This document shows, in pieces, positions 40,692 to 50,757 of a DNA stretch of 64,000 bases. Numbering within the stretch: position 1 is the stretch's first letter; every line of letters starts with the position of its first letter. The translations under genes were made by a program, and so were the position numbers. A model generated the notes under the pieces. The model was given only the letters and a program-made list of their open reading frames with translations. It ran no database searches and was not told the origin of the DNA. The DNA is from Candidatus Zixiibacteriota bacterium (GTDB lineage Bacteria > Zixibacteria > MSB-5A5 > DSPP01): contig JAKEHY010000024.1 of assembly GCA_022614805.1 (NCBI GenBank), positions 1,844-65,843 of the forward strand. The letters run 5' to 3'.

Positions 40692-41018
40692 TCAGGAATC
40701 CCGGTCGAGGGCTTTGAATTCGCCGGTTACCTCGATGACCACCGGATACCCTTCCAACGATTTGGGCACCCCCTTTTCTATTTCGGCTGTTTTCGCGGTT
40801 ACAAACACCTTGATGCAGGGTTTGCCGTCCGCTTCTCCAATGGCCGTCCCGACCACGCCGGGGATGGACATCAAATGCTCGGTATGCTCTTCCTGCACCT
40901 GCTCTATGGTTTTACCAGTCATTTTGCTTTCCTTCGGGCTTTGGGCATCGTTTACGTCGGCGCATCCGGCCAGTGTGGCCAAGCCCAGCCCAAGAAACAC
41001 GCTTGAAAACAACTTCAT
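40692..41018 (-). CDS. small lipoprotein homologous to the N-terminal domain of the adjacent protease
   Basis: lipobox LAGC; HTEHLMSIPGVVGTAIG..GYPVVIEVTGEFKAL. Confidence 0.85.
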   Translation of the reverse strand: MKLFSSVFLGLGLATLAGCADVNDAQSPKESKMTGKTIEQVQEEHTEHLMSIPGVVGTAIGEADGKPCIKVFVTAKTAEIEKGVPKSLEGYPVVIEVTGEFKALDRDS

Positions 41019-41060
41019 ATCCACTTCCTTTTACAATTAACCGCAGAGAAAAGAAAAAAA

Positions 41061-41090
41061 CAAGCGGGAATCCTTTCAGATTCCCGCTTG
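41061..41090 (-). terminator. intrinsic terminator after the protease gene
   Basis: CAAGCGGGAATC-tgaaag-GATTCCCGCTTG then a T run on the minus strand. Confidence 0.8.
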
Positions 41091-41107
41091 CGAAACGCGA
41101 AAAGAAA

Positions 41108-42148
41108 CTACTGGCTGCAGATGGTCAGATTTCCCATCTGGGAAGTGCTCAACACTTCGTTGATCGGATTCAGAACGGTGGTGGTGCTGCTGCCGGCATA
41201 CAAAAGCCCCACCGGGTTGTTGTTGGCGTCGTTGGTCACCACCAAGGAGCCGGAATCGCCGGAGCGGGAGATACTGGTCGTGACTATCTGCCCCGTGAAA
41301 CGGGCCGTGCCGGCGGAGTACCCCACGTTGACGGTGGCGTTGATGGCCGTCACGGTGCCGGTCGAGAGCGAGGAGGTCCGCCCCACTTTCTTAACGGATT
41401 GACCCACAAAGGCCGCCACGGTAGTAGAACTGGGGAAGCCGTAATAGTTAGGCAGAGTGGCGCAGGTAATATCGGTGGTGGAATAGAGGGCTATGGCGGC
41501 ATCCACCCGATTGTTGGCCGAGGTGGAAAACACGATGGGCACGAACGCGGACAGGTCGGCCACCTTATTGGCGGCAATGTGAGCGCACTTCGGTTTGCTG
41601 TCATAGCGCCCGGGCTGAACGATGTCCTCCCCGATGGAAGCGGCGTTTTGCCTGGCCAGAACATGGTTATTGCTCAAAATGTATTTCTGGCCACCTTTTT
41701 CCACCACGCAGCCGATGGTACCGGCTGAACACTCATTGTCGTTGCCGACCGAAACCCCGATCGGCACCGGGCGGTACCGCTTGGTCAAGGCGAGGGCGTA
41801 GAACTTCCCTGTAACTTCCACCTCGACCGGTATGCCGTCCACGGTCGAAGGAATGCCGGCCACGCCCTGCCGTTCGGCATACACTTTCACCACCGGTTTG
41901 CCTTCTGCCGAAAGGCCGGTGGCCGTGCCGACCACCCCTTCGATGGCCATCAACCGGTCGGTGTGACGGTTTTGAACCTCCATCACTTTGTTTAGACCAA
42001 CGGCCGACAAAGCCACCGGCTGTTGCTGCGGAGCGGTAGAGGCCGGCTGCTTTTCGCTGCAGCTCACCCAGAATAAAGCTGAAGCCAAAAGCACCACCAC
42101 GGCCAGGTATCCCCATCTTCGGGCTGGCCCAAACAGATACTTGTGCAT
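41108..42148 (-). CDS. trypsin-like serine protease lipoprotein (Nal1-like)
   Basis: WVSC lipobox-like signal; triad SNNHV, VDAA, GDSGS; KVGRTS; RBS GGGAGG. Confidence 0.88.
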   Translation of the reverse strand: MHKYLFGPARRWGYLAVVVLLASALFWVSCSEKQPASTAPQQQPVALSAVGLNKVMEVQNRHTDRLMAIEGVVGTATGLSAEGKPVVKVYAERQGVAGIPSTVDGIPVEVEVTGKFYALALTKRYRPVPIGVSVGNDNECSAGTIGCVVEKGGQKYILSNNHVLARQNAASIGEDIVQPGRYDSKPKCAHIAANKVADLSAFVPIVFSTSANNRVDAAIALYSTTDITCATLPNYYGFPSSTTVAAFVGQSVKKVGRTSSLSTGTVTAINATVNVGYSAGTARFTGQIVTTSISRSGDSGSLVVTNDANNNPVGLLYAGSSTTTVLNPINEVLSTSQMGNLTICSQ

Positions 42149-42363
42149 CAAGCACCTCCCTTTGGTTTAGGGTTATGGTTTTTGTTGACCGCCGAGAAAG
42201 ATAAACCGCCTCCTTCAGGGCTACCTATGACGTATGACATATTTTTTTACGTAACGAACAAAAATAAGTTTCAGCCCAAAAAAGTCAAGCTAATTGTTCT
42301 TGCCCATTTTGTTGGAATCCGGATACCTTTTTGTTATTTATTGCTGATTGAAAGGAGGAAAAA

Positions 42364-42801
42364 ATGTTGAAAGAATTCAAGGCCTTTGCAATGCAGGGAA
42401 ACGTTATGGATATGGCCGTCGGCATCATCATCGGCGCCGCCTTCGGCAAAATCGTAAGCTCTCTGGTGGGGGAGGTTTTGATGCCCCCTTTGGGGCTTCT
42501 AATCGGCAACGTCGATTTTTCCAACCTGTACTTCAACCTGTCGGGGCAAAGCTTTGCTTCTTTGACGGAGGCGAAAGCGGCCGGGGCGCCGGTTGTAAGC
42601 TACGGCCTTTTTTTCAACACCGTGATTGACTTCATCGTCGTGGCTTTCGTGATATTTCTTTTGGTCAAACAGATAAACCGGCTGAAAACCGGACCCACCC
42701 CGGCGGCGCCGAATACCAAGGATTGTCCCTACTGCCTTTCCACCATTCCCCTCAAAGCCAGTCGCTGTGCATATTGCACGGCGGATTTGAAAACGGCTTG
42801 A
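42364..42801 (+). CDS. mscL: large-conductance mechanosensitive channel with C-terminal zinc ribbon
   Basis: [32 protein letters not shown]; CPYC..CAYC tail. Confidence 0.96.
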   Translation: MLKEFKAFAMQGNVMDMAVGIIIGAAFGKIVSSLVGEVLMPPLGLLIGNVDFSNLYFNLSGQSFASLTEAKAAGAPVVSYGLFFNTVIDFIVVAFVIFLLVKQINRLKTGPTPAAPNTKDCPYCLSTIPLKASRCAYCTADLKTA

Positions 42802-42810
42802 CGCCAAAAG

Positions 42811-42839
42811 AAAAGGGCGTCCGCAAGGACGCCCTTTTT
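42811..42839. terminator. bidirectional terminator
   Basis: AAAAGGGCGTCC-GCAA-GGACGCCCTTTT. Confidence 0.9.
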
Positions 42840-42855
42840 ATTTCCGCTTCAGAGC

Positions 42856-44412
42856 CTACTGCACTCTCTTTAACTCCACCCGGCGGTTTTGGGCCCGGCC
42901 GGACACCGTCTTGTTGTCCGCTATCGGGGTGGTTTCGCCGTATCCCTTGACGAACAGGTTTTCCGCCTTTACGCCCTTTTCCACCAGGTAGTTCCGGACG
43001 GCGGTCGCCCGCTGCTCGGAAAGATTCAGGTTATGGGCGTCAGAGCCGGTGGCGTCGGTATGCCCGCCGACTTCCACCTTCACCTCCGGATGGGCCATCA
43101 GGCTGATGGCCACCTCGTCCAGAACCGTTTTGGAAGCATCGAGGAGGACCGCCTTGCCGGTTTGGAAATTAACCCCTTTCAAAACCAGCGGCTTTTCGGG
43201 AGTCGGAATGTATTCGACCTTCGGCAACACGCAGCCGACCGCATTCACTTCGCTTCCCGCCGGCGTGTTCGGGCACTGGTCGACTCCGTCACAAACGCCG
43301 TCGCCGTCTGAATCCGTCTGGCAACCGGAAGCATCCACGGTGCAGCCTCTGGGGGTATCCGCGCATTTATCCAGCCCGTCGCAAACCCCGTCGCCGTCGG
43401 CATCGGTCGGGCAACCGGCGGCGTCCACCGTGCATCCCTTGGGGGTGTTGTCGCACTTGTCCGTTCCATCCGAAACGCCGTCTCCATCAGAATCGGTCGG
43501 GCATCCCTTGCTGTCCACTTTGACCCCTTTGGGGGAATTGGCGCAGGCATCGATGCCGTCGCAGACCCCGTCGCCGTCCGAATCAACCGGACAACCGTCG
43601 GCATCCACCCGGCAGCCAACCCTCGTGCCGGGGCATTTATCCTTTTTGTCGGAAACGCCGTCCAAGTCCTCGTCCCCGACCTTGCCGCCAAAGTAGAAGG
43701 AAAAGCCGGTGTACACTTCCGCCGTGAGCTTCGGCAAATCCAGTTCGTTGGCTCCCGTGCCAACTATATCCTTGTCATCCTTGAAATCGGTCAGAAAGTG
43801 GGAAAGGTAGCGCGCGCGCCCTCCCAGCTCCCAGGAGAAATTCTCACTGATGAAATATTCCACTCCGAGCCCCAGCATTCCATACAACTCCTGATCTTTC
43901 AGTTCATACGGATTGCCGGCCTTGTCGGTGTCGGGGACACCTGTGCCGTTCAAGAGGGAGGTGTCGGACATCAGGGTGTTCCCGTCCTTGTCCCTCCACT
44001 TCCACAAGTAAATCCCGGCCCCGATGGAAACATAGGGGGAAAGCTTTTTCTCCGGCATAAAGTGGTACTCGGCCAAAAGCCCGCCGCTGAAGGCACGCTG
44101 CTGGGGCCCGTCGGCGAGATTGTCAAAAGTAAAGCCGGCCCCGTCCGCGAACTTAGAAGTATCCGCCAGCCAGTTCATCCGGCCGGTTCCTTCCACGCCG
44201 ACCACCCAGTTTTTGGTAAGTCCGTACTTCAGGCTGGCGTCCACCACCCCGCCAATCGTCCAGTAGTCGGAATGGTCGGTCAGCCCCAGCTTGTAGCCCC
44301 CTCCATGGACGGATAAGCCCATCTTTCCCTTCAAGTCCACGCCGAAGGCGGCGGTGGAAACGAAAGAAAGAAAAACGAGAGCCAAAAGTGATGTCAAAAC
44401 GGTTCTTTTCAT
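42856..44412 (-). CDS. OmpA-family outer membrane protein with thrombospondin type-3 repeats
   Basis: signal peptide, beta-barrel, DxDGDGVxDxxDxC repeats, GHTD..LSEQRA..NRRVE. Confidence 0.94.
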   Translation of the reverse strand: MKRTVLTSLLALVFLSFVSTAAFGVDLKGKMGLSVHGGGYKLGLTDHSDYWTIGGVVDASLKYGLTKNWVVGVEGTGRMNWLADTSKFADGAGFTFDNLADGPQQRAFSGGLLAEYHFMPEKKLSPYVSIGAGIYLWKWRDKDGNTLMSDTSLLNGTGVPDTDKAGNPYELKDQELYGMLGLGVEYFISENFSWELGGRARYLSHFLTDFKDDKDIVGTGANELDLPKLTAEVYTGFSFYFGGKVGDEDLDGVSDKKDKCPGTRVGCRVDADGCPVDSDGDGVCDGIDACANSPKGVKVDSKGCPTDSDGDGVSDGTDKCDNTPKGCTVDAAGCPTDADGDGVCDGLDKCADTPRGCTVDASGCQTDSDGDGVCDGVDQCPNTPAGSEVNAVGCVLPKVEYIPTPEKPLVLKGVNFQTGKAVLLDASKTVLDEVAISLMAHPEVKVEVGGHTDATGSDAHNLNLSEQRATAVRNYLVEKGVKAENLFVKGYGETTPIADNKTVSGRAQNRRVELKRVQ

Positions 44413-44599
44413 CTCTCCTCCTTTTCTCCTATTGTTCTCGTCCAAGATAGGGGGAAATAATCGCCCCCCCGCCGCCGCTTGTCAAGGGAATTTTTAGCTC
44501 CGCCGACTTTTTTTGGCGCAGGGGCGGGTATTGGAAAAGGGAGTTGAAAGGTGTATATTCCGATTTTGAAGGGAATCGCGTAGAAAAGAGAGAGAAAAG

Positions 44600-45478
44600 A
44601 TGACCAAAGAAGAAGCCTGGAAAGTCAAAGTCGGCCTGGCGGAAATGCTGAAAGGCGGCGTGATTATGGACGTCACCACGGCCGAGCAGGCCAAAGTGGC
44701 CGAAGAGGCGGGCGCCTGCGCCGTGATGGCTTTGGAGCGGGTCCCGGCCGACATCCGCAAGGAAGGGGGGGTCGCGCGGATGGCCGACCCCAAAATCATC
44801 GAGGAAATTCAGGCAGCCGTCACCATTCCGGTGATGGCCAAATGCCGTATCGGGCATTTTGCCGAAGCCCAGGTATTGGAAGCTCTGGAAGTGGATTACA
44901 TCGACGAAAGCGAGGTTTTGACCCCCGCCGACGAGAAAAACCACATCGAAAAACACCAGTTCAAGGTTCCCTTCGTTTGCGGCGCCCGCAATCTGGGAGA
45001 GGCTTTGCGCAGAATCGGCGAAGGGGCGGCCTTGATACGCACCAAAGGGGAGGCCGGCTCCGGCAACATCGTGGAGGCGGTGCGCCATATCCGCGACGTC
45101 ATCGGCGCCATCAAGCGCTTGACCACGCTCGGCGATGAGGAGTTAATGGCGGAGACGAAGAATCTGGGCGCGCCGTATGAGCTGGTGCGTGAAGTGGCCA
45201 AAACCGGCAAGCTGCCGGTCCCCAACTTTGCCGCTGGCGGAGTGGCCACCCCGGCCGATGCCGCTTTGGTGATGCAGCTTGGAGCCGAAGCGGTCTTCGT
45301 CGGCTCCGGCATCTTCAAATCGGAGGACCCGGCCAAACGGGCCAAAGCCATCGTGGTTGCCACCACGCATTTCAAGGACCCCAAAAAAGTGGCCGAGGCT
45401 TGCAAGGGGCTGGGGGAGCCGATGAAGGGGCTGGACATCAAGCTGATTCCCGAAAATCAGTTGCTCCAGATTCGATGA
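44600..45478 (+). CDS. pdxS: pyridoxal 5'-phosphate synthase lyase subunit
   Basis: [39 protein letters not shown]. Confidence 0.98.
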   Translation: MTKEEAWKVKVGLAEMLKGGVIMDVTTAEQAKVAEEAGACAVMALERVPADIRKEGGVARMADPKIIEEIQAAVTIPVMAKCRIGHFAEAQVLEALEVDYIDESEVLTPADEKNHIEKHQFKVPFVCGARNLGEALRRIGEGAALIRTKGEAGSGNIVEAVRHIRDVIGAIKRLTTLGDEELMAETKNLGAPYELVREVAKTGKLPVPNFAAGGVATPADAALVMQLGAEAVFVGSGIFKSEDPAKRAKAIVVATTHFKDPKKVAEACKGLGEPMKGLDIKLIPENQLLQIR

Positions 45479-46089
45479 GAGTCTCCGAAGGAAACCCGGT
45501 CGGGATTTTGTCCCTGCAGGGGGATTTTGAAAAGCACCGGCAGGCGCTGGCTGAAATAAACAGCCCATCCAAAGAAGTTCGCACGGTGGAAGATTTGACT
45601 CCCTGTTCGGCCTTGATTATCCCCGGCGGGGAATCCACTACGATGCGCAAGTTGATGGCGGCCGAAGAGCTTGATTCCGCCGTCAAAAAATTCGCCGAAA
45701 GTCGGCCAATTATGGGAACCTGCGCCGGGATGATTTTGCTTTCCTCCAAGGTTGAGGACTCGACAGTCGAACCATTGAAGCTGATAGATATGACTGTCCG
45801 GCGCAATGCTTATGGAAGGCAGATTCATTCCTTCATCGACACCGGGCGGGTGCCGATGTGGGAGGATAACTCAAAACTCGAAATGGTTTTCATCCGCGCC
45901 CCACAGGTCGTTTCGTACGGGCCGGCGGTGATACCTTTGGCCACACTGGGAGAGGAAGTGGTTATGGTCCGTTCCGGGAAAATTCTGGTACTGGCCTTTC
46001 ATCCGGAACTCGCGGCCGACCGGCGGGTGCACCGATTCTTTGTGGAGGAGTTTATCGAGGAACGGAAAGGTATTCCGGTAGCGCTCTAA
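45475..46089 (+). CDS. pdxT: pyridoxal 5'-phosphate synthase glutaminase subunit
   Basis: LQGDF, PGGEST, GTCAG, RNAYGRQ, FIRAP, FHPEL; ATGA overlap with pdxS. Confidence 0.97.
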   Translation: MRVSEGNPVGILSLQGDFEKHRQALAEINSPSKEVRTVEDLTPCSALIIPGGESTTMRKLMAAEELDSAVKKFAESRPIMGTCAGMILLSSKVEDSTVEPLKLIDMTVRRNAYGRQIHSFIDTGRVPMWEDNSKLEMVFIRAPQVVSYGPAVIPLATLGEEVVMVRSGKILVLAFHPELAADRRVHRFFVEEFIEERKGIPVAL

Positions 46090-46147
46090 TTTCGCCAACC
46101 GGAGAAAAAAGTGTATAGGACGCAAGAAAAAAGAAAGGGAGGGTAAG

Positions 46148-46816
46148 ATGCCCAGAAAAGCTAAAAAGAAACCGAAAAAAACCGCCCGGAAAAAAATGAC
46201 CCGCGCCAGGAGGCCGAAGAAAGTAAGGGCCAAAGCCAAAAAAACGGTAAAAAGGGCCAAGCGGGTTGTCAAAAGAGTCAAAAAGGCCGCTCCCCGGCGG
46301 ACCCCAGCCCCCAAGCCGATGGCGGTTCCCACCCCTCCGACCGAACCGACTCCGGTTTTGATGGAGGGGATGCGGGCGCCCGATTTCCGGCTGAAGGCCT
46401 ATCCGGACGGGGAGTATGCCCTGTCCGATTTCCGCGGCAAAAAAGTGGTGCTCTATTTTTATCCCAAAGACGACACCCCCGGCTGCACGATGGAGGCCTG
46501 TTCCTTTCGGGATACCAAATCGGAATGGGAAGGAGCCGGCGCAACCGTCCTGGGAGTATCCAACGACGACTGGTCTTCCCACCAGAACTTTGCCCAGAAG
46601 TACAACCTGAACTTCACCCTTCTTTCCGACCCGGACGCCTCTGTTTCCAAAAGCTACGGCGTGTACAAGGAAAAGAATATGTACGGCAAGAAGCTCTGGG
46701 GGATTGAGCGCACCACCTTCATCATCGACCCGGAGGGGAAAATCGCCAAAATCTTCCCCCGGGTGCAGGTGGACGGCCACTCATCCGAGGTTCTGGAAAC
46801 GCTGCGCAGGATATAG
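46148..46816 (+). CDS. bcp: BCP/PrxQ peroxiredoxin with N-terminal histone H1-like basic extension
   Basis: YFYPKDDTPGCTMEAC; residues 1-50 are almost entirely K/R/A/P/V/T. Confidence 0.92.
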   Translation: MPRKAKKKPKKTARKKMTRARRPKKVRAKAKKTVKRAKRVVKRVKKAAPRRTPAPKPMAVPTPPTEPTPVLMEGMRAPDFRLKAYPDGEYALSDFRGKKVVLYFYPKDDTPGCTMEACSFRDTKSEWEGAGATVLGVSNDDWSSHQNFAQKYNLNFTLLSDPDASVSKSYGVYKEKNMYGKKLWGIERTTFIIDPEGKIAKIFPRVQVDGHSSEVLETLRRI

Positions 46817-46825
46817 TTCACATTA

Positions 46826-46867
46826 CCAACAAAAAAGCCCCCGCAGCAAGGGGGCTTTTTTTGTTGG
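46826..46867. terminator. bidirectional terminator
   Basis: CCAACAAAAAAGCCCCC..GGGGGCTTTTTTTGTTGG. Confidence 0.9.
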
Positions 46868-46877
46868 CTTTTTTCTC

Positions 46878-47405
46878 TTACTTTTTCTCCGGCCCGGTAA
46901 AGAAAATTTCCAGTTCAGCCAGCCCGCCGCTGGCTAAGGTGCGAAGTTGAAGGCTCGACATTGAAGCATTCTCTGGATAAACGAGTATTCCAAAATTGGG
47001 GAGTTCTCCTTGTTGCCACGCCCTAACGATGCGGGTGATGCGCACCTGACCAAGTCCGCTCTTCGACCCTATTCGTCCAAAATTGATATGAAGCGGAGAG
47101 GCGGCTGACTCGGAAAGGTTGGACAGCCGAACCCCGTTTGTCCAGGGTACCAGCATAGGCCGTACCAACAGACCAAGAGCTTCGCGGGAGGTATCGGCTT
47201 GAACCTGGAACCGAAGGTAGGCCATATCAATTCTTGCGTCTTGCAGAGCAGCCGGCAGGTCAAATTTGAAGAGCAAACCCGGCCGGTCGGCATCTCCTAC
47301 TTTGTCCACCGAACCGGTGATTGTAGTGCTCACATTAAGGTCGGCTGCCCAAGCATTGGAAATGAGCAGCAACCCAATCAGAATCCCCAGGATTAGCTTT
47401 TTCAT
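46878..47405 (-). CDS. secreted hypothetical protein (DNRLRE/CBM-like beta-sandwich)
   Basis: RBS GGGAGGAG, signal peptide, LLFKFDL..ITRIVRAW..NFGIL pattern. Confidence 0.7.
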   Translation of the reverse strand: MKKLILGILIGLLLISNAWAADLNVSTTITGSVDKVGDADRPGLLFKFDLPAALQDARIDMAYLRFQVQADTSREALGLLVRPMLVPWTNGVRLSNLSESAASPLHINFGRIGSKSGLGQVRITRIVRAWQQGELPNFGILVYPENASMSSLQLRTLASGGLAELEIFFTGPEKK

Positions 47406-47416
47406 TTTCTCCTCCC

Positions 47417-50400
47417 TCACTTTAAGAAGAGCATTCGTTTGACTTCCCGAAAGCTGGACGTTTCTAATTTGTAGAAGTAAATCCCGCTTGAAACGGGGCT
47501 GCCCCGGGAATCCGTTCCGTCCCATATGACGGTATGAACGCCAGCTGGCTTCTCGTCATCCACAAGAATTCTGACTTTTTGCCCCAGAATGTTGTAAATC
47601 GCCAGCGTAATTTTTTCGGCTTGGGGCAAAGAGAGGCTGATTGTCGTGGTCGGATTAAACGGATTGGGATAGTTTTGGTTCAGCGAAAAATGGTTAGGCA
47701 GGGCAGGCGGCCCTTCAAATTCATCTCCGACTGCCAGCTTTGCCGGAGGGCTGGCAAGATAGGGAACATATGCAACAGGGCCTGTGAAGCTTGCCGAACC
47801 TCCCCAATAGTTGTTCTTCGCATAAACGGAATCAGTAGTCGTATTGTAATTTCCAACAGAGTATGATTTCCATCCTCGGAGAATGGAGTTATTACCAGGG
47901 TCCGGCGAAGCGCGGCCTAAATCGAGTCTTGGTGCGGCCGTTACCTTTACGAGCGGAATGGTGCTGGAATAACCGGAGTAGGAAACGGTCGAGTTGCGAA
48001 CTATGGCCGAGTCCGCACCCAAAGATAGAACGGCCACGTTGTCGGGCGGGTCCTCCGGCAAGGGACCCGAAGGTGCATATATTTTCAGCCTCGAGTTCAA
48101 TACCTTGAGCCGGGCGTGGGCACTCACAGCCGCCAGATTGAACTGCCCGCTGTCCAGGTTGTTCTCGAAAGTCAAAAATTGGGTGGCCCCACCCACCGTC
48201 CCTTCGGCCTGCAAACCGACATCCGAATTATAGAGGGTTCCGATTATCCTACTGTTGGCAATACGCCCGAATGACCCAATCGTGTAAATGCCGATGGCAT
48301 TGCTTTTGAAGTAGCAGCTCTCGATGACCGCGCTGGCGGGGTCGAAGCAGACCCCCATATTCGTGTTGTTTTGAAAGGTGTCCTGCACGATATACACGTT
48401 GCTGTTTCGGGCTTGGATGCCAAACATAAAGTTCTTCTCGAAGAAACAGCCCCGCACGGTATCGTAGGCCGTGTCTTGAAAATCAATTCCCACGTAGGCG
48501 TTTTTAACCCGGCAGTTGGTGAACTTAGCCGAACCAAAAACTCGAATTCCAAACCAGTCCTGGGTGCCCGGAGTCACTGAAGATGAAGCAAATTTTACAG
48601 GATCAGTCGTAGCACCCTGACCTTCCATAGTGCCGTTGACAATAAACTCGCACTTATTGATATCCGCGCCGGAGTGAAGGGTATCCCTGTTAGCCAGCAA
48701 GATGACCTGAGCCTGTGGTTGCAAAATCTTGAGTTTTTTCCCTGACGGAATAGTCACATCGCCATCGACCGTTATCTTTCCCTGCCATGTTACGTGATTG
48801 ACTGTGCCGTGAATATAGGTAGACGCGGGGACTATTTTGAAAAGTTTCCCCTCGCCCGGATTTAAGCGGGTAGTAAGCGGCGCTCCAGTGCCAACATTAC
48901 CTGTCAGCACGGTATCACCAGAAAAGATATCTATAACGTAGCTATGGCCGGTTTTGTTCAGCCAAGCCGTTACATCCTGCGTCTCGGTGGAAAGCACCCG
49001 CCGGTTAACCAGCATAAAATAATCGGTGTTCACACTGTCCTTGAAAAAACCTGCCTCAACGTAGGGAGTGGAAAACTGTGCACTCTTGAGAGAATCCAAG
49101 TAGCGGATTGCACTGTTTGCAATTTTAGCGGTGTCCCAAGTCAAATCCAAAAGAACCGGGCCGATTTTATCCAAGAGTGAATCAGCGTGTCGCACGGCAT
49201 ACCACTTATAGTTTGGGACAAACCTTGGATTAGTCGGATGAAAGTTCCAGTCAACCAAGCCATGAAGTGCTGGGTAACTGGAGGCCGGGAATGCGCCCGT
49301 AACTTCCCCCATACTATCTGGGGGAATTTCTTTAATCAATCGCACCAGCGGTGACCTGTGGTATACAGTTGTGTAAGTGAAATACCCAATCCCCTTCGCT
49401 CCGTGAGTCAAAGCCAAAAAAACTTGCACATAGATTTCCGGGCGTTGAGGGTCGCGGAATCCTATGGGATTGCCCAGAGTATCAAATTGCCCCACTGCCT
49501 GAATCATGGGATAGAACGGCAAGCTTTGTTGAGCAACCGTTTGACGGGCCTTGATAAGGCTGGGCAAAAAAATAGTATCTATCGCATGCTGAACATTATG
49601 TGTAGCTGAAGATGAAGAATCATAGCCATTAGCAAAAGGATAAACAAAATAATCCAACTGGGGTGCCTGAATCTCGGAAAGATATGAACTCCATATATGA
49701 CTATTGTTGGAGCCAATTTCTGAGGTTGTTTTTCCGCGCGGCCCAATAACCGAAGAAAAACCCTCGAAATATTTTTGGGTGCGAAACATACTCGCCCACA
49801 GTTCGTCAGCGGGATACCATCGCAAAAGCCTTGCCGTGTCAATCGAGTTGTAATACGCCGTAAAGGCATTGCTCACCGCCGTTGGACTTAAACCAAAGAG
49901 CGTTTTCGCGTCGAAATCTCTAAAATCGATTCGGTCCACATAAAGGTCAATGTTTCCCTGCCAAAAAACCTGTAATTGTACAAATCCATAATCGGAAGCT
50001 GAGACGGCTCCCGCAAAGCCGGAAATTTCAACTTCTTGATATTGGTCACGAACCGGAAAGTTGCTTAACCTTAACAAGGTAGTTGCGACTGTTTGCAAAT
50101 CATAGCCAATCCGTATGGACAAGCTGCAAACAGGCGTACTGTCCGGCAAACTGGTATTAGGAACTTTTAAGCGGAATTTTGCATAATAGGTTTTAAACCG
50201 TGGACGCCTTGCACAGCTTTTCACGCAGCCGAAGGGGCCGGCTATCAAATAGCCCGGGGAATGAGAGCCTGCTATTCCAATCCTTGCGTTTTTTTGTTGT
50301 TCATCACCTCCGAGAGCACCTGCATCCTGAATTTCTACGCCTGTTGTCGGAGTAAAGTAGTACCCAACAGCATCAAGTCGAGCCGGGTCATTTTCTTCCG

Positions 50401-50731
50401 CCTCAAAAAACACGCTGTTGCCTATCCGGGTAACTGGCCATCCGTTGACGGTAAGCGACTCGTTGTTGTAGTATTGAAAAGCGGAAGCGAGCGGGCTGGT
50501 AGTACTATTCAGCAAACCGACGATAATGTTCACGCCGGAGCTTTCCATTTGCCCGTAGTACGTCAATGCTTGACTCGCCTTGTCCGTGTTTCTCAAATAT
50601 AAATACGGCTCCAAAAAGGAAATTTTGGGGAATTTCTTGGGCCCTGCGGCATAAAGCCAGGAAGGTAAGCCGAATATAAATATGGTTGCCATCAACAAGC
50701 GTGCGCGAATGCTTATCCGATTCGTTTTCAC
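47417..50731 (-). CDS. large secreted multidomain protein (possible glycan-active domain, right-handed beta-helix, FlgD/T9SS-like C-terminal domain)
   Basis: signal peptide; HGAKGIGYF; parallel beta-helix repeats; LNQNYPNPFNP..IYNILGQ..SGIYFYKL..KRMLFLK. Confidence 0.85.
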   Translation of the reverse strand: MKTNRISIRARLLMATIFIFGLPSWLYAAGPKKFPKISFLEPYLYLRNTDKASQALTYYGQMESSGVNIIVGLLNSTTSPLASAFQYYNNESLTVNGWPVTRIGNSVFFEAEENDPARLDAVGYYFTPTTGVEIQDAGALGGDEQQKNARIGIAGSHSPGYLIAGPFGCVKSCARRPRFKTYYAKFRLKVPNTSLPDSTPVCSLSIRIGYDLQTVATTLLRLSNFPVRDQYQEVEISGFAGAVSASDYGFVQLQVFWQGNIDLYVDRIDFRDFDAKTLFGLSPTAVSNAFTAYYNSIDTARLLRWYPADELWASMFRTQKYFEGFSSVIGPRGKTTSEIGSNNSHIWSSYLSEIQAPQLDYFVYPFANGYDSSSSATHNVQHAIDTIFLPSLIKARQTVAQQSLPFYPMIQAVGQFDTLGNPIGFRDPQRPEIYVQVFLALTHGAKGIGYFTYTTVYHRSPLVRLIKEIPPDSMGEVTGAFPASSYPALHGLVDWNFHPTNPRFVPNYKWYAVRHADSLLDKIGPVLLDLTWDTAKIANSAIRYLDSLKSAQFSTPYVEAGFFKDSVNTDYFMLVNRRVLSTETQDVTAWLNKTGHSYVIDIFSGDTVLTGNVGTGAPLTTRLNPGEGKLFKIVPASTYIHGTVNHVTWQGKITVDGDVTIPSGKKLKILQPQAQVILLANRDTLHSGADINKCEFIVNGTMEGQGATTDPVKFASSSVTPGTQDWFGIRVFGSAKFTNCRVKNAYVGIDFQDTAYDTVRGCFFEKNFMFGIQARNSNVYIVQDTFQNNTNMGVCFDPASAVIESCYFKSNAIGIYTIGSFGRIANSRIIGTLYNSDVGLQAEGTVGGATQFLTFENNLDSGQFNLAAVSAHARLKVLNSRLKIYAPSGPLPEDPPDNVAVLSLGADSAIVRNSTVSYSGYSSTIPLVKVTAAPRLDLGRASPDPGNNSILRGWKSYSVGNYNTTTDSVYAKNNYWGGSASFTGPVAYVPYLASPPAKLAVGDEFEGPPALPNHFSLNQNYPNPFNPTTTISLSLPQAEKITLAIYNILGQKVRILVDDEKPAGVHTVIWDGTDSRGSPVSSGIYFYKLETSSFREVKRMLFLK

Positions 50732-50757
50732 TTTACCCTCCGCTGTTTTTAAAAAGG

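Noticed and set aside
43250-43680. tandem DNA repeats inside the OmpA gene
   Set aside because: Explained by thrombospondin type-3 calcium-binding protein repeats.
45460-45478. truncated PdxS (ends LQIR, lacks the usual RGW)
   Set aside because: Only about two residues are missing and the stop forms an ATGA coupling with pdxT; likely natural variation.
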